A program made the translations under genes and the position numbers. The notes below the pieces were generated by a model. It was given only the letters and a program-made list of their open reading frames with translations. It searched no databases and was not told the origin of the DNA. A stretch of 30,032 nucleotides of DNA from Candidatus Iainarchaeum sp. (GTDB lineage Archaea > Iainarchaeota > Iainarchaeia > Iainarchaeales > CSSED10-239): positions 1 to 30,032 of the forward strand of contig JAQVRT010000004.1 of the NCBI GenBank assembly GCA_028700905.1. The letters are read 5' to 3'. This document shows, one piece after another, positions 23,851 through 30,032 of this stretch (positions are counted from its first letter, which is position 1; every line of letters begins with the position of its first letter).

Positions 23851-24141
23851 TTACTTTGCAAGTATAATTTCAATTGCAGAAACTTTCATAGGGGTATTGT
23901 TTTCAGTTGTTATTTCTTCTGTAGAAATATTTATTTTTTCAACTCTTAAAGTGTTAACAAATTTATTTTTCACAATTTCAGAAACATCTACTGCTTTTGA
24001 TATTGTTTTACCTCTTGCTTTAATAACAACACTTTCTGCACCTTGGTTAAATTGAGTAATAACTGCTAAAACATAAGACATAGTAACTTTTTTACCAATA
24101 TATATTACATTTGTTTCAACAGATCCATTTTCGCTAGTCAT
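23851..24141 (-). CDS. albA: Alba (Sac10b family) DNA/RNA-binding chromatin protein
   Basis: The 96-aa protein has NVIYIGKK..MSYVLAVITQFNQGAESVVIKARGKTISKAVDVSEIVKNKF, the typical Alba pattern (v.iG.K..m.YV.a......g...v.ikArG.aIskAVdvaei..). A strong GGGGG Shine-Dalgarno-like element is present. Confidence 0.9.
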   Translation of the reverse strand: MTSENGSVETNVIYIGKKVTMSYVLAVITQFNQGAESVVIKARGKTISKAVDVSEIVKNKFVNTLRVEKINISTEEITTENNTPMKVSAIEIILAK

Positions 24142-24240
24142 ATTTTTCCCCCTTTCATATTGGAATTGTATATGTACATTTTATATTAATATTATGAATA
24201 GAAAGTATTTAAAATATTAATTATTATCTAAAAAACATCA

Positions 24241-25455
24241 CTATTTGTTAATTTTAGCATCAACTGTCTTTATTGTCTCTACAAACTTATCAATTTCTTC
24301 AAAAGTATTATAAAAATATAAAGAAGCTCTTGAAAGTCCATTTTTATCAAACCTTGTAACAATTGGCTCTGCACAATGAACTCCAGCTCTTGTTGCAATA
24401 TTTGACATATCATCTAAAATTGCAGAAAGATCACTACAATCAATACCTTTAAGCCTAAATAAAAAAATAGGACTTTGTAAATTTTTATCTAAAGGATTAA
24501 ATAATTCTAAATTCTTAATAGCTTTTAATTTTTCAATACCATAATCTAATAAAAGTTTATCTTGTTTTTCAATATTTTCAAGCCCAATATCAGATATATA
24601 ATCAATAGCTTTTGAAAAACCAAAAACTCCAGAAATATTTGGAGTTCCTGCTTCAAATTTAAAAGGAATACTATTAGTACTAAAATCAGTTATTGAAACA
24701 TTTTTAATCATGTCTCCACCAAACTTATAGGGCATAAATTTTTCTAAATTATTTTCTTTTGAAATTAAAAATCCTAAACCAGTAGGACCTAACATTTTAT
24801 GAGCTGTAAATACTAAAAAATCACAATCAAGCTCTTTAAAATTTAACTTTAAATGAGGTGCTGATTGAGAAGCATCAATTAATGTTAGACAATTATATTT
24901 TTTAGATAAAGAAATAATTTCTTTAATTGGAATTATAGTTCCTGTAGTATTTGAAACATGTGTAATTGCAACCAACTTTGTTTTTGAAGAAAGCTTATCT
25001 TTAAAATCTTCAATATCAAGTGTAAAATCATCTTTTATTTCAACAAATTTAAGTTTAACACCTATTTTTTTAGATAAAAAAAGCCAAGGAACTAAATTTG
25101 CATGATGTTCTAAAATAGAAAGAACAATTTCATCATCTTTTTTAAAATATTGAGAATTATAAAGAGAATACATCACTAAATTAATTGAATCAGTACTATT
25201 GTTTGTAAAAACAACTTCATTTTCTTTAGAACCTATAAACTTTGCAAGCTTTTCTCTTGTTTCTTGATAAATTATAGAGGCTCTCATTGATAATTTATGT
25301 ATCCCTCTATGAATGTTTACAGGAAAATCTAAATAATACTCACTAATTCCTTCTAAAACTTGCTTTGGTTTTAAAGAAGAAGCTGCATTATCAAAATAAA
25401 CAATTTTATTTTCTTTTAAAACTTTAAAGTCTTCTCTAATTTTTAAAATATCCAT
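24241..25455 (-). CDS. sufS: Cysteine desulfurase (class V aminotransferase, SufS/CsdA-like)
   Basis: The N-terminal segment is IREDF..L.....VYFDNAASSLKP..V......YY......IHRG.H. It also has LEHHANLVPW, the PLP-lysine region FTAHKMLGPTGLGFL, and the catalytic Cys loop ATRAGVHCAEP. Confidence 0.88.
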   Translation of the reverse strand: MDILKIREDFKVLKENKIVYFDNAASSLKPKQVLEGISEYYLDFPVNIHRGIHKLSMRASIIYQETREKLAKFIGSKENEVVFTNNSTDSINLVMYSLYNSQYFKKDDEIVLSILEHHANLVPWLFLSKKIGVKLKFVEIKDDFTLDIEDFKDKLSSKTKLVAITHVSNTTGTIIPIKEIISLSKKYNCLTLIDASQSAPHLKLNFKELDCDFLVFTAHKMLGPTGLGFLISKENNLEKFMPYKFGGDMIKNVSITDFSTNSIPFKFEAGTPNISGVFGFSKAIDYISDIGLENIEKQDKLLLDYGIEKLKAIKNLELFNPLDKNLQSPIFLFRLKGIDCSDLSAILDDMSNIATRAGVHCAEPIVTRFDKNGLSRASLYFYNTFEEIDKFVETIKTVDAKINK

Positions 25456-25477
25456 AACTATATATTAATACAATTGC

Positions 25478-25489
25478 TTTAAATAGATT
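25478..25489 (-). promoter_or_regulatory. TATA-like box (AATCTATTTAAA) about 23 nt upstream of the cysteine desulfurase ATG, implying a leaderless or very short leader
   Basis: The 12-mer is identical to 6628-6639. No Shine-Dalgarno-like element lies between it and the ATG. Confidence 0.4.
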
Positions 25490-25540
25490 TTTATATGATA
25501 AATATATTATATATAAAGAAATATTTAAAATATAAAAAAA

Positions 25541-25613
25541 AGCTCGGTAGTGTAGTGGCCAAGCATGTAAGACCCTGGATCTTACGACAGGAGTTCGAAT
25601 CTCCTCCGAGCTA
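25541..25613 (+). tRNA. tRNA-Gln, anticodon CUG (with C at position 33)
   Basis: Hand fold: AGCTCGG TA GTGT AGTGGCCAA GCAT G TAAGA CCCTGGA TCTTA CGAC AGGAG TTCGAAT CTCCT CCGAGCT A. It has an A1-U72 pair, and its D and T arms are identical to those of tRNA-Gln(UUG) at 7100..7172. No CCA is encoded. Confidence 0.85.
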
Positions 25614-25651
25614 TATTTTTCTTAGATTTATAATAAAAAACAGGATTAAAT

Positions 25652-26272
25652 ATGAAAATTGGAATAGATATTGATAACACAATTGCACCTACATTTAAAA
25701 CAATTATTAACTATTTAAATAAAAAATATTCTCTTAAAAAAAAAGAAGTTCATTCAAAAAAACCATCAGGATATGATTTATTTCATTCTGATTTTAATAG
25801 TTTTTATAATGATTGGAAAGAATTTCTAAATACTGAAAAACATTTATCAATGAAGCCTATTAAAGGATCTACAAGAGTAATTAAAAAATTAAGTTTAAAA
25901 CACCAAATATATATAATTACAGCAAGAAATAGTAAAGATAAATTTCAAACAATTCTTTGGATAGATAAACATTATAAAAACAAATTTGAAGAAATATTAT
26001 TTATTGATTACAAAGATAATTCTGGAAATCAACCTTTATTTACAAAAGGAGATTTAGTAAATAAATTGAAAATAGATGTTGTAATTGAAGATAATTTAGA
26101 TGAAATAAAAGATATAGCTTCAAAAAATAAAAAAACAAAACTATTTTTATTTGATAAAAATAATCAATATACTTGGAATAAAAAAAGACCACTTCCTAAA
26201 AATACAAAAAAAATAGAAAGTTGGAAAGATTTTGAAAGAGAGATTGAAAAATTAGAACATAAATCTATTTAA
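25652..26272 (+). CDS. HAD-superfamily phosphatase, 5'(3')-deoxyribonucleotidase (NT5C)-like
   Basis: Motif I is IGIDIDNTI (DxDxT) at the N-terminus. Motif II is YIITAR, and the acidic motif IV is VVIEDN. The size is about 200 aa. Confidence 0.6.
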   Translation: MKIGIDIDNTIAPTFKTIINYLNKKYSLKKKEVHSKKPSGYDLFHSDFNSFYNDWKEFLNTEKHLSMKPIKGSTRVIKKLSLKHQIYIITARNSKDKFQTILWIDKHYKNKFEEILFIDYKDNSGNQPLFTKGDLVNKLKIDVVIEDNLDEIKDIASKNKKTKLFLFDKNNQYTWNKKRPLPKNTKKIESWKDFEREIEKLEHKSI

Positions 26273-27449
26273 TAATAAATTTGAAAAATTCAGGAATTAA
26301 TACAAAACTATTTTTATTTGTAAAAATTTTGGATAAAAATTCACTAGGATAATCCATGTTGCCATGTTCTTCTAAAATTTTATGAATATTTGAATCTTTT
26401 ATTTTTAAAAGTAATTTATCTTGTTCTACAAAATTTTTAGATAACAAATATTTTCTTATTTTATAGTGAGTATTTAATTCTTGACGATATTTCTTTAGCA
26501 AAGTATTGTAATTTTTAAGAGATTTATATTCTTTAATTCTTTCATTAATTGCTTTAGATGCCATTTCAGAAGAAAGTAATCCAAAATTAACTCCTCCTCC
26601 AGTTGTAGATTTAACAAAACAAGCAGCATCTCCAACAAGTAAAACATTATCATTTACAAGATTTTTAATAGGTTTAGAAATAGGTAATATACCTGAACAT
26701 TCATAAATCACTCTTTGATAATTAAGTTTATATTTTTCTTTAAATTTTAAAAAAGCCTCTTTAGGGTTTTTACCTAAAGAAACACCTAAACCTATTTTCG
26801 CAACACTTGATGATTCTGGAACAATCCATGCAAATAAACCTTTTGCAAAATCACCTAAATAAACAGAAACATTTCTATTATCAAAATTACCTTCAACAGT
26901 TACTTGATAAGTATGCACAAATTCAGAGTTTTTAACTTCAGGGAAAAAAGTCTTTCTAACCAAAGAATTAGGTCCATCAGCTCCAACTAAATAATCATAT
27001 CTTAATTGTTCTTCTAAGTTAGTTTCTAAATCTTTAAAAGTTACAAAATTATTTTCAATAGAAATTACTCTTTTTCCAGATAAAAGTTCAACTTCAAAAC
27101 TTAAGGCTAATTCTTTTATACTATTATCAAATTTTTCTCTATCAATAACATATGCTTTAACGTCTTTTGAAAGAACATCTATTTTTGCTTCTAAAGGACC
27201 ATAGATGTGAGATCCATATATTTTATTTACTAAAAAATCTTTTAAAACTAAAAAATTTTTAAGCTTAAGTCTATTATAACCAGAAACATCAATTAGACCA
27301 CTACAACACATTGGAGAACCACAAGTTTTATGTTCTTCTATAACTGTTATAATTATATTTGGATTTAATTTTTTTAAAAGATAAGCACAATAAAGTCCTG
27401 TTGGACCTCCTCCAACAATAATTATTCTTTTATCTATACCTTCAATCAT
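26265..27449 (-). CDS. Geranylgeranyl reductase family flavoprotein (archaeal lipid saturation)
   Basis: The FAD dinucleotide fold is IIIVGGGPTGLYCAYLL. It also has EEHKTCGSPMCCSGLI and the C-terminal LLVGDAACFVKSTTGGGVNFGLLS, matching the GGR pattern (lvGDAAg.v.p.tGgGi..a..sg). Confidence 0.8.
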   Translation of the reverse strand: MIEGIDKRIIIVGGGPTGLYCAYLLKKLNPNIIITVIEEHKTCGSPMCCSGLIDVSGYNRLKLKNFLVLKDFLVNKIYGSHIYGPLEAKIDVLSKDVKAYVIDREKFDNSIKELALSFEVELLSGKRVISIENNFVTFKDLETNLEEQLRYDYLVGADGPNSLVRKTFFPEVKNSEFVHTYQVTVEGNFDNRNVSVYLGDFAKGLFAWIVPESSSVAKIGLGVSLGKNPKEAFLKFKEKYKLNYQRVIYECSGILPISKPIKNLVNDNVLLVGDAACFVKSTTGGGVNFGLLSSEMASKAINERIKEYKSLKNYNTLLKKYRQELNTHYKIRKYLLSKNFVEQDKLLLKIKDSNIHKILEEHGNMDYPSEFLSKIFTNKNSFVLIPEFFKFIIK

Positions 27450-27461
27450 ATTTTTTCAAAA

Positions 27462-30032
27462 TTATTTATTACTTCTTTTAACAGCATCTAAAATAAACTC
27501 ATAGTTACTATCATACTTCTTTTTCTTTTCAATATCACTTTTATGTTCTTCTTCTTTTTCATCTACATTTTTTTCAGAAGTATTATTATCAAGTTTATTT
27601 CCAAGATATTTATTCATGGCATCCTTAGGTTCCATTTCTTTGAAAACATCTTCTTTTTTCTTACGACCAGAAGCAACCATCCAGATAACTAAAAGTAAAA
27701 TTATAATTACTAAAAGAACAACAGCTACCATAAACAAAGATTTACTATCAATTAAAGGTTTTTCAAAATTTAAATCTTCTAAATTAACAGAACCAGTTAA
27801 AAGAAGAGGTGAACTATAAACAATTGCATCAAATTTTGTTAAAATATCAAAACTGGTAATTGGAGTTTGACTAATATATTTTGTTGTAAGAGATGAATTT
27901 TTAGGTATCACTAAATTATAAAGGATGATTGGATCTTTATCAATAACAACAATTTCTCTATCAAAATAAATGTTATCTGAAGATTTTTCAAATTCCTTAG
28001 GAATTACTTCAATAAATGAAATTATTTTATCTTCATTTGCATCATTTACAAAAATTAAATTACTTGAATAAAAATTTTGACCAGACACTTCAAAAACACT
28101 AAACTCTCTTGAGACTGAAATAAAGTTTAAATCTTGATTATTAACATCATAGAAAGATAAATTATCTGTCAATATATTTTGATCTAAAATAACTGTATTA
28201 AGATCAAAAGAATTATTTAAAAGATCAATTTCAATAGTTTTTGTTTTTAAAATATTTTCTTTAGGTAAAACGTCTAAAATTTCAAGTAAAGAATTATTTG
28301 AAGAAGTATATGTATTTACAGCTTCAGAAAAATTATTTGAATCTTCTAAAGATTTTGCAAGAACAACTTTATCTTTTGCATCAGAAAATTTATCTAAAAG
28401 CTCTTGAGAAACATCTAAAGAAATTGCTTGAAGAAAAGAGATTCTATCTTCAATAGTTAAAATATTTGAATTTATTTCAGCAACTAAACTTTCTTTTAAA
28501 ACTAAAGCTTCATCAACATTATCAATTTCAAAAGAAATAATTTCTGTTTCATAATTTAATGCTTGATCATAAACTAAAACATACATTTTATGATTTCCAT
28601 CTTCATAAAGAGTAGAATCAAGTGAACAAAGATAATCATTATTTGAATCTTCAATAAAACAAACTTCTTCAACATTATTTAATAAATATTGAGCTCTGAA
28701 AACATCTTCTGAAAAATCACTTATTTTAAATTCATATAATTTAGTTTCTTCAAAGAAATTATAGTCTGCTGTAAAAGTTGGAACTTCTGCATCTACTATA
28801 AAATTAAAAGTATCAGTTGTAGTTTCATTACTGTTATTTGTACCAGTTATTTCTAAAACAGAATCTCCACTTTCTTCTAAAGAATAATTAAAAGTTGTAA
28901 TTAAGTTACTATAACTTGCAGAAATTGATTTATAAGGTAAACTTCCAACTTTAAGTCTAATTATAGGGGTTTGTTTTAATTCTTCACTACTTGTAATAGT
29001 AAACAAAACATTTCCTTTTTTTAAATAATAAACATCATCTACTAAATTTTTTGGACTTGCATTAAAAGTAAAAGAAGGTCCAAATCTTTTTGCAGTTCCA
29101 GAAGCAATAGATGAAAGATCAGATTCATTTAATGCTTCATCAATTGCAGATATTTTAAAATAAAAAGTTTTATCTTCATTAGGATTAAAAATATATTCTT
29201 CATCTGAAGAAGTCATATATTGTGAAGATTTAGAAACTGACTCAGATTCTGAATAATAAATTCTATACTCATCAAGACCACTGCCATTTACATCTGTTGA
29301 GCTTGTCCAAGAAAGCTTTAAGGAACCATTTGCTAGTTCTAAAACTTCTATGTTACTTGGGATTGTAGGAGCTTTTGAATCAAGTTCAAATTCAAAAGAT
29401 TTTCTTGTTATTAAATAAGGGTCATCTTCACTTCTTGCCTCAACATAAATTATTTTGTCTCCCTGATCTGTATTACATCCATTTCCAGAAGTTATATTAA
29501 AACTATCATAAACTTCAGAAGTTCCTGAAACTTCTACCCATGAAGTAAAAGTTGAAGCATTACAACTAAACCTAACAGCATTAACATCAGAACCATACTC
29601 TAAATTAATCTCTGGAGTTACAGTATTTACAAAATCAGAATCTTCTAAATCAATATCAACATCAAGTTCAGGACCAGTTTTTATACTTGCAGTTACAACT
29701 GAACTATTATTTCCTGCATTATCAATTGCAGTAACCCCATAATAATATCTAGTATCATCTGATTTTGAAGTTGAATCAAGACAAGTTTTTGAAGCTGCTG
29801 CAGAAACTGTACAAATTAAATCTTGATTTGAAATTTCTGTAAAAGAAGAAGTTGATCTATAAACTTTATATTCTTTTAAACCACTTCCAGAATCAGTTGA
29901 AGTGCCCCAATTTGAAATTGTAACATTATTATCTACTGCTCTTGTAACTGTTGACACTGTAGGAGTTGTTGGAGATGTTTCATCTATCATTATTGAAAAT
30001 TCTTTTTCATTTAAATTACCTAAAAGATCTGT
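27462..30032 (-). CDS. Large cell-surface protein with fibronectin-III-like domains and a C-terminal transmembrane anchor (5' end outside the window)
   Basis: The frame stays open upstream of the listed ATG (29990) to the window edge (TDLLGNLNEKEFSI-MIDE...), and the listed N-terminus has no signal peptide, so the gene is probably truncated by the window. FN3-like units are VTISNWGTSTDSGSGLKEYKVYRS...YYYGVTAIDNAGNNS and LKLSWTSSTDVNGSGLDEYRIYYS...FYFKISAIDEALNES. The C-terminal helix is LFMVAVVLLVIIILLLVIWMVA, followed by a K/E-rich tail. Confidence 0.75.
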   Translation of the reverse strand, partial: TDLLGNLNEKEFSIMIDETSPTTPTVSTVTRAVDNNVTISNWGTSTDSGSGLKEYKVYRSTSSFTEISNQDLICTVSAAASKTCLDSTSKSDDTRYYYGVTAIDNAGNNSSVVTASIKTGPELDVDIDLEDSDFVNTVTPEINLEYGSDVNAVRFSCNASTFTSWVEVSGTSEVYDSFNITSGNGCNTDQGDKIIYVEARSEDDPYLITRKSFEFELDSKAPTIPSNIEVLELANGSLKLSWTSSTDVNGSGLDEYRIYYSESESVSKSSQYMTSSDEEYIFNPNEDKTFYFKISAIDEALNESDLSSIASGTAKRFGPSFTFNASPKNLVDDVYYLKKGNVLFTITSSEELKQTPIIRLKVGSLPYKSISASYSNLITTFNYSLEESGDSVLEITGTNNSNETTTDTFNFIVDAEVPTFTADYNFFEETKLYEFKISDFSEDVFRAQYLLNNVEEVCFIEDSNNDYLCSLDSTLYEDGNHKMYVLVYDQALNYETEIISFEIDNVDEALVLKESLVAEINSNILTIEDRISFLQAISLDVSQELLDKFSDAKDKVVLAKSLEDSNNFSEAVNTYTSSNNSLLEILDVLPKENILKTKTIEIDLLNNSFDLNTVILDQNILTDNLSFYDVNNQDLNFISVSREFSVFEVSGQNFYSSNLIFVNDANEDKIISFIEVIPKEFEKSSDNIYFDREIVVIDKDPIILYNLVIPKNSSLTTKYISQTPITSFDILTKFDAIVYSSPLLLTGSVNLEDLNFEKPLIDSKSLFMVAVVLLVIIILLLVIWMVASGRKKKEDVFKEMEPKDAMNKYLGNKLDNNTSEKNVDEKEEEHKSDIEKKKKYDSNYEFILDAVKRSNK

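Noticed and set aside
27616-27819. 67-aa plus-strand ORF inside the surface-protein gene
   Set aside because: It is antisense to the C-terminal TM/tail region of the 27462..30032 CDS and has no start-site support.

Overview
This is a very AT-rich, gene-dense stretch of archaeal chromosome. Archaeal markers include a thermosome, GatD/GatE, Alba, a histone-fold protein, a geranylgeranyl reductase and a pilin with a class III signal peptide. Shine-Dalgarno-like GGTGAT/GGGG motifs and CTATTTAAA TATA-like boxes are also present. The composition and the small, divergent proteins suggest a DPANN-type archaeon, but that is inference only. I support about 31 CDS (mostly minus strand), four tRNAs (Ile-UAU, Ile-GAU, Gln-UUG, Gln-CUG) and one 12-bp tandem repeat. 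I found no CRISPR array, transposase, integrase or rRNA, and all three standard stop codons are in use. The observations most worth follow-up are: (1) a 482-aa miniaturised family-B DNA polymerase-like protein with degenerate catalytic motifs at 22398..23846. (2) A pilin-like ORF whose TAA stop is followed in frame by at least 155 stop-free, start-less codons encoding a recognisable surface domain (1..910). (3) Two paralogous ~460-aa membrane/coiled-coil proteins of unknown family (2467..3840 and 15226..16620). (4) A tightly packed five-gene envelope operon combining an LtaS/sulfatase-like enzyme, a processive GT2 synthase and an LMW phosphatase (17335..22215). (5) A tRNA-Ile(UAU) gene. (6) A tailed histone-fold protein next to an unannotated hyper-acidic 57-aa ORF. 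All family calls come from motif recognition by eye, with no searches run.
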